Below are positions 24,154 to 35,749 of a stretch of DNA of 64,000 nt, piece by piece. Below the pieces are notes generated by a model that was not told where the DNA came from, ran no database searches, and saw only the letters and a program-made list of their open reading frames with translations. Within the stretch, counting starts at the first letter, position 1. Each line of letters begins with the position of its first letter. Origin of the DNA: Cetorhinus maximus. Lineage: Eukaryota. The DNA lies in NCBI RefSeq assembly GCF_964194155.1, contig NC_135901.1, positions 18,476,001 to 18,540,000 of the forward strand, written 5' to 3'. Both the position numbers and the translations under genes were made by a program.

Positions 24154-24589
24154 ACTTCAGAGAATCTCATCAACCTCCAGACTCCTGTCCAATACATTTG
24201 CTGAGTGGATTTAAATTTAAACCAGGTTTACAGATGTGATGCTGTATTCAAACATCAAAGGTGAGAGAGATGCTATGGGACACACACTGAGTCCAGTAGC
24301 TGAAAGTGATTAATAGACTTGAGTTTTGTGCTCAGTGATCCCAGGAGTGTTACTGACACCTTCCCTGGATCCCAAAGCTAGGGGAGCCACTCTAAAAGGT
24401 ATGGGGGGCTGGGACTTGGCCATGAGAGTAACAGAACGTGTGAGGACTGAAATAATCTAGAATTAGAAAGGAGAAAAGACCCAAAATGGAACAGTCAGTA
24501 ACAGGACATCAAGTAATCTCCTCTTATCCTGGAGAAATTAAAGACTCAACAAAGCTTGTGTCTGAAACAACATGAATTCATTTGACAGA

Positions 24590-25770
24590 TATCAAAATAT
24601 TGAATTTAGAGATAAGGAGGAATGAGGGCATGAATGAATTTCTGAACAAGGATGCAAAGTTTAAAATCGAGATATTATTGGACCAGGAGCCAATGTAGGT
24701 CAAGGAACACATGGGATGATGCGTGAATGGGACTTGGCATGAGAATGCAGCAGAGTTTTGCATGATCTTATGTTTCCGTGTTGAGCTGGGGTGAATGTGA
24801 GAAGCTGGTCAGGAATGTATTGGAATCGTGAAGTCTAAAAGTGACACAGGCATGGATGAGGGTTTCAGCAGGAGACGAGTTGGGGTGGGTTGGAGACAGG
24901 CGACGTTATGGAGATTGAAATATGGGGTATTAATGATGGTGTGGATGTGTAGTTGGAAACTCGTGTTGGGGTCAAATATGACACCAAGATTGTGAACAGT
25001 GTGGTTCAGCCTCAGACAGTTCCCAGGGAGAGGGATGGACTCACTAGTTAGGGGACAGAATTTGGAATGGTGACTGAAGACAACAGCTTTGGCCTTCCCA
25101 ATTTTTAATTGGAGGAAATTTCTGCTCATCCTGTACTGGATGTCGGATAAGCTGTTTGATAATTTAGTAACAGTGGAGGCACAGAGAGGGATGGTGGTGA
25201 GGTAGAGCTGGGTGTTGTCAGTGTACATGTGAACCCTAACACGGTGCTTTTGGACAATGTCACCTAGTGGCAGCATGTAGTTGAGAAATTGGAAGGTGCA
25301 AGGATAGATCTTTGGGGGACACCAAGTTCAAGTACTCTGGAGAGGAAAGGGAGGTCAGAGAGGGGGGTGGCAGTTTACCAGGATGGCGGGGTCAAGTTGT
25401 GTTTTTTCAGGATGGGTGATGACGGTGAATTTAAAGGTAAAAGGGACAGTGCCAAAAGAGAAGAGAGAACCCCCGTTAACAATATCAGATAACATTGGGA
25501 AAATGGATGGTCAGCAGTTTAGTGAGAATAGAGTCAAGGGAGCAGAAGGTGGGTCTCACAGGCAAGATGAGCTTTAAGGGAGATAGAAGACAGGACAGAA
25601 ATGGGAGAAAGAAGTGAGTTCAGGGCTTGAACAAGGGGCAGTTTGGCCCGATGAGCTAGTGGAAGGGAGGGAAGCAGCAGAGATCGAATTGTCTCAATCT
25701 TAGTGACAAATGACCTCCATGAGCTCCTCACACTTGTTGCTGGAGGTGAGAATGGAGGAGATGGGAGAGG
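24590..25770 (-). mobile_element. L2 LINE fragment downstream of ZNF5
   Basis: ORF 24809..25276 (MLPLGDIV..HMYTDNTQLY..NFLQLKIGK). Confidence 0.88.
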
Positions 25771-25976
25771 GAGAGCCCTTCAAAATGAATTAACCTGTGT
25801 TAGAGATATTAAAAAGACCTGACAGTTGTGTGTTGAGCACAAAGCTGATTTATTAGACTTTTATCCGGAATATTAGCCCCTATAACTGGGCTGGAGTTTA
25901 TTAACATCAACAGAAAAAGATCCAAATGAATATGGCCCAGTCCTGGATGTGATTAAGAAAAATTCAATCACTGTAG

Positions 25977-26930
25977 TTACTCGTGAACTCGCTGGTGTTT
26001 CAGCACGTTGGATGAGGTTGTGAATCCCTTCCCACACTCGGAACAGGTGAACGGCTTCTCTCCAGTGTGAATTCGCTGGTGTGTCAGCAAGTTAGATGAC
26101 TGAGTGAATGCCTTCCCACAATCAGGACAGGCGAATGGCCTCTCTCCAGTGTGAACTCGCTGGTGTGTCAGCAGGTGGGATGACCGAGTGAATCCCTTCC
26201 CACAGTCGGAGCAGGTGAACGGTCTCTCTCCAGTGTGAACTCGCTGGTGTACAATCAGATCAGATGAACGTGTGAACCCAGTCCCACAGTGAGAGCACCT
26301 GAATGGTCTCTTGTCAGTGTGAACACCCTGATGAAACTTCAGTTCCCGGGAACTTTTATAGCACTTCCCACAGTCTGGGCATTTAAAAGGTCTCTCATCA
26401 GTGTGAACTCGCTGGTGTGTCAGCAGGTGAGATGAGTGAGCAAATCCCTTCCCACACTTTGAGCAGGTGAACGGCCTCTCCCCAGTGTGAACTCGAAGGT
26501 GCACGGTGAGGTCAGATAATGTCTTGTGCCCAGTCCCACAGTGAGAGCACCTGAACGGTCTTTCGTCAGAGTGAACACGTTGATGGCCAGTCAGTTCCCG
26601 GGGACTTTTATAGCACTTCTCGCAGTCTGGACATTTGAAAGGTCTCTCGTCAGTATGGACTTGTCGGTGTTTCAGCAGGGTGGATGAACAAGTGAATCCC
26701 TTCCCACACTCAGAGCAGGTGAACGGCCTCTCCCCAGTGTGAACTCGCTGATGATTTTCCAACTCTGATGGGTAATTAAATCCCTTCCCACAGTCCCCAC
26801 ATTTCCATGGTTTCTCCCCAGTGTGACTGCATTTATGTTTGGACAGGCCAGATGATCTGCTGAAGCCTCGTCCACATACACAACATGTGTACGGTTTCTC
26901 TCCACTGTAAACGGTGCTTTTTTCTTCCAT
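25977..26930 (-). CDS. ZNF5: C2H2 zinc-finger protein, 11 fingers, subfamily B, intact
   Basis: ORF 25977..26936; ATG 26930; all Cys/His ligands present; acceptor at 27040-27042. Confidence 0.9.
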   Translation of the reverse strand: MEEKSTVYSGEKPYTCCVCGRGFSRSSGLSKHKCSHTGEKPWKCGDCGKGFNYPSELENHQRVHTGERPFTCSECGKGFTCSSTLLKHRQVHTDERPFKCPDCEKCYKSPRELTGHQRVHSDERPFRCSHCGTGHKTLSDLTVHLRVHTGERPFTCSKCGKGFAHSSHLLTHQRVHTDERPFKCPDCGKCYKSSRELKFHQGVHTDKRPFRCSHCGTGFTRSSDLIVHQRVHTGERPFTCSDCGKGFTRSSHLLTHQRVHTGERPFACPDCGKAFTQSSNLLTHQRIHTGEKPFTCSECGKGFTTSSNVLKHQRVHE

Positions 26931-27464
26931 GTTCAAAATCCAATGATATTCAGGCTACAATAAATGGGGCAACTCCTTCAGATCCTGATGTGATGTTTTG
27001 TTTCTGTTTCCCAACTGCAATTCCTCCCCTTCTAATAGCCTGTGAAATTGATTTAAAACAGAAAAAAGGGAGTGAGAGAGGACCCACAAAAACACAAAGG
27101 CAGATTGTGATATTGAGCTGAATGAATCTGGTAATTTGTGGGGCTGGCACTAGGAAAAAGTGACCATGAAAACTGCTGGATTGTCGTAAAAACCCAACTG
27201 GTTCACTCATGTCCTTTAGGGAAGGGAATCTGCCACCCATTCTGGGCCTATACAAGACACTGGCCTAGATTGGAGAAGATAACAAGAGAGAGAAGGATCA
27301 GGTGGGAGGGGCTAGGGTTGAAAAAGAAGGATTACAACTCAACCAGAGCTTTCACAGAACCTCCAAAGCCCTCAGCCTCCACCACTTAGAAGGACAAGGA
27401 TAGTAAGTGAATGTGAACACCATCACCTCCAAATACCCCTCCAAGTCACACACCATCCTGACTT

Positions 27465-28002
27465 CTCTGACATCCAGTACTGGATGAACAGAAATTTCCT
27501 CCATTTAAATATCGGGAAGACCAAAGCCATTGTCTTCAGTCTCCGCCACAAACTCCACTCCCTAGCCACTGACTCCATCCCTCTCCTTGGCAACTGCCTG
27601 AGACTGAATTAGACTGTTCACAACCATGGTGAAAAATTTCACCCCAGACTGAGTTTCCAACCAGATAGCCACATTATCACCATGACTGTATGTTTCCACG
27701 TCAGCAACATCACCCAACTCTACCCAACTCTCAGTTCAACTGCCGCTGGAACCATCATCCATTCGTTTGTTACCTTTAGACTTAACCATCCTAACATACT
27801 TCCAGCAAGCCGCCCACATTCAACATTCCTGTAATCTTGACGTCATCCAAAACTCTGCTGCCCGTGTGCACACTAAGCCATGTTCACCCATCCCCCTGTG
27901 CTCGCTGACCTACAAAGGTTCCTAGTTTATAAACACACCTGTGAAACACCTTGGAAAGGTCTAATACATGAAAGGCGCTATATAAATAAAGATTGTTGTT
28001 GT
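27465..28002 (+). mobile_element. L2 LINE 3' fragment
   Basis: GACATCCAGTACTGGATG..AAATATCGGGAAGAC; end AAAGGCGCTATATAAATAAAGATTGTTGTTG. Confidence 0.8.
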
Positions 28003-28042
28003 GATTTGGACATTTATCACTGTTCCTTGGAGAGGAAGACAG

Positions 28043-28081
28043 AGTTAACATTTCGAGTCCGTATGACTCTTCGTCAGAACT
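28043..28081 (-). ncRNA. Minimal type I hammerhead ribozyme motif
   Basis: AGUU-CUGACGA-A-GAGUC(AUACG)GACUC-GAAAU-GUU-AACU: complete core, with stems I and II pairing. Confidence 0.7.
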
Positions 28082-28110
28082 AAGGAGAAATAGAAATGTG
28101 GTGAAATATA

Positions 28111-28227
28111 GGGTGAAATTTTATGGCAGCGGGGTTTTACGTTTCTGCCAAAGTCAATGAGGTTTAGAATATCTCACCGCATTTTACGGCCTCGTCCCCA
28201 CCGAAACGGGGCCATAAAACTCTGTCC
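28111..28227. mobile_element. 117-bp MITE (PIF/Harbinger-like)
   Basis: Imperfect TIR GGGTGAAATTTTATGGC / GCCATAAAACTCTGTCC; 3-bp TSD ATA; absent from the other Penelope arm. Confidence 0.7.
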
Positions 28228-30027
28228 ATAAGCTGTTTAAGTGGGGTGGGACAGGTGGAGCTGGATAGAGGGCCAGTGATAGGTGGAGGCAAAGGAGAGA
28301 TTGCCAAAGATGTCATAAACAAAAGGACAAAGGGGTGTTGACGGTGGAGATATTATCTAAAGGATGTGCTAATGGGGACATTAAGGGTAGAAAGCAGGAT
28401 GATCAAGTGACAGATGGACCTAGTGGGGGTGGGGTGGGGGGAAGTGATCGAAATAGGCAAAAAGGTGGAGATAAAACAATGGATGGAAATGCATTTTAAA
28501 AATAATAATAGAAATAGGTGGGAAAAGAAAAATATATATATAAAAAAATAATAATTATCAGAAAAAAGGGAATCAAAAAGGGGGTGGGGATGGAGGAGAG
28601 AGTTCATGATCTGAAGTTGTTGAACTCAATGTTAAGTCTGGAAGGCTGTAAAGTGCCTAATCGGAAGATGAGGTGCTGTTCCTCCAGTTTGCGTTGAGCT
28701 TCACTGGAACATTGCAGCAGGCCAAGGACGGACATGTGGGCATGAGAGCAGGATGGTGTGTTTAAATGGTATGCGACAGGAAGGTCTGGGTCATGCTTGC
28801 GTACACACCAAAGATGTTCCGCAAAGCGGTCACCCAGTCTGCGTTTGGTCTCTCCAATGTAGAGGAAACCGCATTGGGAGCAGTGAATCGAGTAGACCAA
28901 ATTGAGGGAAGTGCAAGTGAAATGCTGCTTCACTTGAAAGGAGTGTTTGGGCCCCTGAATAGTGAGGAGGGGGGGTGGTAAAAGGGCAGGTGTTGCACCT
29001 TCTGTGGTTGCATGGGAAGGTGCCATGGGAGGGGGTTGAGGTGTAGGGAGTGGTGGAGGAGTGGACCAGGGTGTCCCGGAGTGAATGGTCCCTACGGAAT
29101 GCCGACAGGGGGTGAAGGGAAGATGTGTTTGGTGTTGGCATCATGCTGGAGCTGGCAGAAATGGATCATCCTTCCAGTGAAGCTCAACACAAACTGGAGG
29201 AACAGCATCTCATCTTCCGATTAGGCACCTTACAGCCTTCTGCACTGAATATTGAGTTCAACAACTTCAGATCATGAACTCTCTCCTCCATCCTCACCCC
29301 CTTTTTGATCCCTTTTTTCTAATAATTATTTTTTCATATATATATTTTTCTTTTTCCACCTATTTCTATTATTATTTTTAAAATTTATTTCCATTCATTG
29401 TTTTATCTCCACCTTTTAGCCTATTTCGATCCCTTTCCCCACCCCACCCCCACTAGGGCCATCTGTCACTTGCTCATTCTGCTTTCTACCCTCAATGTCA
29501 CCCTTAGCACATCCTTTAGCTAGTGTCACCACCATCAACACCCCTTTGACCTTTTGTTTATAACATCTTTGGCAATCTCTCCTCTGCCTCCACCTATCAC
29601 TGGCCCTCTATCCAGCTCCACCTGTCCCACTGCCCTCAAACAGCTTATTTTTCATCACATTTCTATTTCTCTTTAGTTCTGATAAAGAGTCATACGGACT
29701 CGAAACGTTAATTCTTCCTCTCCACAGATGCTGTCAGACCTGCTGAGTTTTTCCAGAAATTTTTGTTTTTGCTTCAGATTCCCAACATCCACAGTATTTT
29801 GCTTTTATCACTGTTCCTTTATCATCACTGGGTGAAATAACCTGTAACTTCTTATCTAACAGCATTGTGGGAGCACCTTCATCACACGGACTGCAGCAGT
29901 TCAAGAAGATCAAACATCATCTTCTCCACACGTAACTGGGGATGGTTAATATCTGCTGCTGGTCTTGTTAGTGAAAGGGCAGGGGAGTGGGACCAGCTGA
30001 TTTGCTCTTGCAGAGAAACAGCACAGG

Positions 30028-30930
30028 CAGGTGGAGGGACAGGTAGTATTGAGGAGGCCGGGAGGCTGCAGAAGGATTTTGACAGGCTAGGAGAATTGGC
30101 AAAGAAGTGGCAGATGGAATACAACATGGGGAAGTGTGAGGTCATGCACTTTGGTAGGAAGAATAGAGGCATAGACTATTTTCTAAATGGGGAGAGAATT
30201 CAGAAATCTGGAGTGCAGAGGGACTTGGGAGTCCAAGTCCAGGATTCTCTTAAGGTTAACTTGCAGGTTGAGTCGGTAGTTAGGAAGGCAAATGCAATGT
30301 TGGCATTTATTTCGAGAGGACTAGAACATAAAAGCAGGGATGTGCTGCTGAGGCTTTATAAGGCCATGGTCAGACCACATTTAGAATATTGTGAGCAATT
30401 TTGGGCCCCGTATCTCAGGAAGGATGTTCTGGCCGTGGAGAGGGTCCAGAGGAGGTTCACGAGAACGATCCCAGGAATGAAAGTCTTAACATATGAGGAA
30501 CGTTTGAGAGACTCTGGGTCTATACTCGATGGAGTTTAGAAGAATGAGGGGGGGATCTGATTGAAACTTACAGAATACTGAAAGGCCTGGAAAGAGTGGA
30601 CGTGGGGAAGATGTTTCCATTAGTAGGACAGACTAGGACCCGAGAGCACAGCCTCAGAGTAAAGGGAAGACCTTTTAGAACAGAAATGAGGAGAAACTTC
30701 TTTAGCCAGAGAGTGGTGAATCTATGGAATTCATTGCCACAGAAGGCTGTGGAGGCCAGGTCATTGAGTGTATTCAAGATGGAGATAGATAGGTTCTTGA
30801 TTGGTAAGGGGATCAAAGGTTACAGGGAAAAGGCGGGAGAATGGGGTTGAGAGACTTATCAGCCATGATTGAATAGCGGAGCAGACTCGACGGGCCGAAT
30901 GGCCTCATTTCTGCTCCTATGTCTTTTGGC
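30028..30930 (+). mobile_element. CR1 3' portion
   Basis: ORFs 29865..30539 and 30596..30850 (KWQMEYN..KCEVMHFG, LYKAMVRPHLEYC). Confidence 0.93.
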
Positions 30931-31109
30931 TCTTACAGGACGGGCTGAATGGCCTCCTCCTATAATTGTAATCATTGAATGAATCTTTGACTTAGTGACA
31001 AAAGGACCAACATCCTCTCCGCAGATGCTGCCAGACCTGCTGAGTTTTTCCAGGTATTTATTTTTGTTTTGGATTTCCAGCATCCGCAATTTTTTGCTTT
31101 TATCTTATT

Positions 31110-31560
31110 GGAGACCAGGGACTGACGAGCCAACCCCGTAACAAACCCACTTCTCATTGGTCCGCCTGGGTTCCGAGACTCGAGCATGCGCAGTGCGAGT
31201 GATGGCGATGGGCAGAGATTATTTGTCTCATCTGCAGCCGGTAAGGAATCAGTAAGTGGAGGGTGCAATGGAGCCGGCGGCTGAACCGGGAGGGTTTCTA
31301 AACACTTGATGAAGGCCTCAAACCCCGATACGAACCTGCAGCTCCCGCGCTCGCAGCTCCGGGTCTTTTTCGAGGAAACAGGCCCAGGTTAACGGCCACC
31401 ATCTTGCTTCAAAGGGGAGCAGAGCGCATGCGCTGGCACTTTGTTGACGTGTTGTAAATGGGCGGGGCTTCTCGGTCACCGTTCCCAATGGGGTCCTAGT
31501 GCCCAAAATATTATGGAACCCGGGTTGAAGCTGGTTTTTAATCAGCCTCACCTACTCCAA
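31110..31560 (+). promoter_or_regulatory. CpG-island promoter of ZNF6 (head-to-head with ZNF5)
   Basis: CCAAT; GAGCATGCGCAGTGCG; donor GGTAAGG at about 31241; GCCACCATCTTG; GCGCATGCGC; homologous to 50230-50400. Confidence 0.7.
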
Positions 31561-31571
31561 GGCTGCAGGTT

Positions 31572-31930
31572 ATGTTTGCTGCCTAGGGGAGTCCAAGGGC
31601 CATGTACATATTCAATTGAGAGGTTGCAGCCCCTGTACAGTTACCTGAAGGGGCTGATCCTCAGTGTTTGGTTACACTTTAGCCTCAGGCTCCTAATCTT
31701 GGGCTACCCTGGGTGGAGGAGGGTGAGTAAGTCGGAGGATCTTCTCCTGGTCTTCGCCTGCTCTTGAGCCTGGTTAAAACAGCAGTTTGTTGGACCTGAA
31801 TGAGCAGGGGCCATGGCGGGGGGGGGGCGGGGTGGGTGGTGTCACACTGCCTGGCAGCCTCTAATAGAAAGTGGGCATGCAGTGTCCAACGGTACACTTG
31901 CTACTTTCCACAATAGGCACCTCTGGGTAT
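31572..31930 (+). mobile_element. Tx1/L1-clade LINE ORF2 C-terminal fragment
   Basis: ERLQPLYSYLKGLILSVWLHFSLRLLILGYP..EDLLL resembles a Tx1 ORF2 end. Confidence 0.6.
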
Positions 31931-32494
31931 AGAGTGTCTCATAGACACTGGAAACAACATTCTGGTTCAGCACAGAAGCTTTAGTTGGTACTTTGTAGCT
32001 GATTTTGTCTTCATTTAGTTTATTTGGACCACATATTTGGGGGGACAAGAGAAAAATCAATATTCCATAGAAAGAAGAATTGTTTGTTCTCAATTTCTAT
32101 AACTTTGCTGTGATGACTTTTGTAAAGTCCTTTTACAAGGTATTGGAAGAGGAAGTTTTACAAGTGGGAGACTCAAGCCAAACATCATGTCAAAATCTGA
32201 CAGAGTCACACAATTGATCAGAACCTGAATATCATCATCCTTTGAATGTGGAAAGAGGAATATTTGTCTGTTCTGTCTTTGGGAGAAGATTTCAAACATC
32301 AGCGTGACTGGAAAAGCACCAAGGCACACACACCCGAGTGAGAGTGTTCAAGTGAACTGACTGTGGAAAGAACTTTAACCAGTTACACAGCCTGAAAAAA
32401 CATCACAGTATTCACGGCAGGGAGAAACTGTACACATATTCTGTGTGTGGACAACTGATTGTGCAACCTGGAGAGACATAAGGACACCGGCACC

Positions 32495-33418
32495 ATGCAG
32501 AAACCATGGAAATGTGAGGACTGTGGGAAGAGATTCAAGTTTCCATCCCTGCTTGAAAATCATCGACGCAGTCACACAGGGGAGAGGCCGTTCACCTGCT
32601 CTGTATGTGGGAAGGGATTCACTCAGTCTTCCCACCTGCTGACACACCAGCAAGTTCACATTGATGAGAGGCTGGATAACCGCTTGGACTGTGGGAACAA
32701 CTTTCAAAGCTCCAAAGACCTGGTCAGGCACCAGGTTTTTCACACCAAGAGACAGTTCAGTTGCTCTCACTGTGGGAGAGTGTTTATACGATCACAGAAT
32801 CTCATTGAACATGAACGCATTCACACTGGGGAGCGGCCATTCAACTGCTCCGTGTGTGGGAAGGGATTCACACGATCATCCCACCTCACTACACACCAAC
32901 TGGTTCACACGGATAAAAGACCTTTCAAATGTTCTGAATGTGAGAAGAGTTATAAAACCACTAGTGAACTGCTCATACACCGGCGAGTTCACACTGGGGA
33001 AAGGCCATTCACCTGCTCCGTGTGTGGGAAGGGATTCATACGATCATCCCACCTTGCTAAACACCAACTCGTTCACACGGATAAAAGACTTTTCAAATGT
33101 TCCGAATGTGAGAAGACTTATAAAACCACAAGTGATCTGCTGACACACCAGCGAGTTCACAATGAGACGAGGCCATTCAGATGCACAGTGTGTGGGAAGG
33201 GATTCACTCTGTCATCCAGCCTCCAAAAACACCAGCGAGTTCACACTGGGGAGAGGCCATTCATCTGCTCCACATGTGGGAAAGGATTTATTCATTCATC
33301 CAATCTTCTGACACACCAGAGAGTTCACACTGGGGAGAGGCCGTTCATCTGCTCTGTGTGTGGGAAGGGATTCATTCATTCATCTCACCTTTGGAGACAC
33401 CAGAAAGTTCACAAGTGA
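32495..33418 (+). CDS. ZNF6: C2H2 zinc-finger protein, 11 fingers (third degenerate), subfamily A
   Basis: ORF 32459..33418; ATG 32495 (ACCATGC); fingers 5-6 duplicated as 7-8. Confidence 0.88.
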   Translation: MQKPWKCEDCGKRFKFPSLLENHRRSHTGERPFTCSVCGKGFTQSSHLLTHQQVHIDERLDNRLDCGNNFQSSKDLVRHQVFHTKRQFSCSHCGRVFIRSQNLIEHERIHTGERPFNCSVCGKGFTRSSHLTTHQLVHTDKRPFKCSECEKSYKTTSELLIHRRVHTGERPFTCSVCGKGFIRSSHLAKHQLVHTDKRLFKCSECEKTYKTTSDLLTHQRVHNETRPFRCTVCGKGFTLSSSLQKHQRVHTGERPFICSTCGKGFIHSSNLLTHQRVHTGERPFICSVCGKGFIHSSHLWRHQKVHK

Positions 33419-33584
33419 CTACAGGAGTTGGATTCTGTTGATATTGCTGCTGTTAATCACGTCCGTGACTGAACCAAGTTCGTTCTGAAAGCTGGAGTTT
33501 GTTCATGCTGATGTTAATAATCCCCATAACTGGGCTGGAGTTTAATATTCTGATATCTGAAATGAACTGATACTGTTTCAATCA

Positions 33585-33928
33585 CACCATCAATGCATTC
33601 ACACTGAGGAGAGACCGTTCACCTGCTGTGTGTGGGAAGGGATTTACTAAGCCAACCGGCCTCAGGTTACACCAGTGAATTCACACTGAGGAGAGGCCGT
33701 TCAGTTGCATTTCCTGTGGAAAGATGTTCAGGGAGTCATCCAACTTGCTGAGACACCAGTGAGTTCACAATGGGGAGAGCTCGTTCACCTCTTTGTGTGC
33801 AAAGAGATTCACTCGGTCACAATGCCTCCTGAGACATCAACAAGTTCATAAGTGACTGTGGGGATTGGATTCTGCTGTTAATCATGATTATTAACCCCTA
33901 AAACTGGCTGGAGTTTAATATTCTGGAG
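33585..33928 (+). pseudogene. Remnant of a further ZNF 3' end (3 broken fingers plus 3' UTR)
   Basis: HTEERPF-type text with stops and frameshifts, then a second copy of the conserved 3' UTR. Confidence 0.8.
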
Positions 33929-34259
33929 ATGTCACTGATTTTTGGGCCTGCTGTGTCCCTTTTTAAAAGCACCATGATCTTTCCCCTTAATTCAAGAACC
34001 CTCAACAGGAACTCATTTACAATAAAATTATGAACTTTTACTTCAATCATAAATTGATCTTTGGTGCAAAATCTACAATCAGTGTCTGCGAGATAACATC
34101 TCCAATTAGAAAGTGCTGATTAATCCTTGCTGACAATTCTTACTGACTTCCACATTCTTCACAGTGACACCTTTTTGACATGAAACTATCAAGGAATATA
34201 AACAAAACAGTAAAATATTTCACATTGATGTTGAACAAGATTGAATGTTGATAAAGATT

Positions 34260-35150
34260 GGAAGTTGCTGAGTTCAACACAGTTGAACGCAGTGACAGTT
34301 CTGACACGGCAGCAACAACATTTGGTAAAGGTGGAACCCACAACAAAGACTGGTTTGAGATCTACTCAGCAGAGGTGACATCTGTCATTGAAGCAAAAAG
34401 CAAAGCCTACCTGATGCACAACATAAACCCAACAGCTAGAGCACTGCATAATTTGAAAGTATCTGAGACAATCATGGAACAGACAGGGAATTACTGTGTC
34501 AATAAACACTGGATCAGCCTACATCAAGAAATCCAAACTGCCTGTGACAATGGAAATCTACATGCTATGTACGATGGGATCAAGAGGGCGCTTGGTCCGA
34601 CCATCACCAAAGTTTCCGCTCCTGAAATCGGCAGAAGATGAAGTACTCACCAACAGAAATAAACATATGTCTCACTGGGTTTAACACTAGGAGCCGTACT
34701 TCCATGAGACAGACATCTCCCTGTCTCTGTTTGACTCTCCTGCAGCTTCATGGTTGAGTTGGATGACGAAACCTGATCACTTGAGCTGGAAAAGGCCATT
34801 GATTGTTCAGCAAGCAGAAAGGCAGCCGGCAAGGATGGAATTCCAGCTGAACTGCTCAAACACGGAAAGTCCCGTCGACTTTCACACCTTCATGACCTCC
34901 TCCTTCTCTGTTGGAAGGTAGGATCCGTTCCACAGGACATGTGTGATGCTAAAATCACCACAATAAACAAAAACAAAGGTGACAGGAAATTGCAACACCC
35001 AAAGGGATACCTCGCTCTTTAGCATCACAGGGAAAGCCTTCACTGGGGTGATGTTTAAAAACTTCATCTACTTGCAGACTGAGTGTATCCAGAAGCACAG
35101 TGTGGTTTCTGTGCTGGCAGATCTTCTCCATACACCAGCTACAAGAGAAA
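34260..35150 (+). mobile_element. RTE-clade LINE fragment
   Basis: DWF..; EIQTACDNGNLHAMYDGIKRALGP; KAAGKDGIPAELLK; VPQDMCDAKITT; SITGKAF. Confidence 0.85.
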
Positions 35151-35749
35151 TTCACAACTAATATTTAATCTAAAATGCTGCCAGCTTCTCTGCTGAGAAA
35201 AGTGAAACGTTATAATTGCTGAGCAACAGTAAACCTTTAAGTATGAATTACAATTTACTTGTATAATTGTAAAAGGCACAAAATGTTTGATTTTCTAAAA
35301 CTAAGCTTCATCATTGAGCTTATGACCCGGAGCTCACAAGCTGTGGAAGCTCCACCCTCTTTAACTCTTTTTGGTCCAAGAATGTTGAAGTGTCCATTTA
35401 CTTGTGAAAGCTGTTTTTTTTAGTTGTTATTTTTCTTCAGTTTTATTCCAGTCATTTGGAAAGGTGCCTGAAGAAATAATAGAGAGAAAAAAACACTAAC
35501 GTTTGGTCAAAGCTGAGAAAATACCAAAAGAATTGGTAAAACAAAAATAGAAATGGTGTTTGGTTCATCTTTGATCTGAAAATAAAGTTACGTAAAGTTG
35601 ACACAATTGTGTGCATTTGAGAATGTTAACACAGGCCTTTCCAAAACAAGCAGAGGAGTTAACCCTTTACACTGACAACATGGTGACGATCTGAACTAAA
35701 GACTTTGCCTTTTAAAGATTTGACTTCATCCCATTTGTTATCTTTCAAG

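Larger units (their letters stand above)
28029..29803. mobile_element. Penelope-like element (GIY-YIG), inverted two-arm insertion with 16-bp TSD
   Basis: ORF 28604..29026 (NLVYSIHCSQCGFLYIGETKRRLGDRFAEH); arms 28029-28700 and 29172-29725 are inverted; TTTATCACTGTTCCTT at 28013 and 29804. Confidence 0.9.

Noticed and set aside
32340-32365. Selenocysteine zinc fingers, suggested by TGA at Cys positions (shared F[Q/K]*TDC; also 2931, 45640, 53375)
   Set aside because: These TGAs occur with other stops and frameshifts, and I could not see a SECIS-like AUGA/AA/GA hairpin in the conserved 3' UTR.
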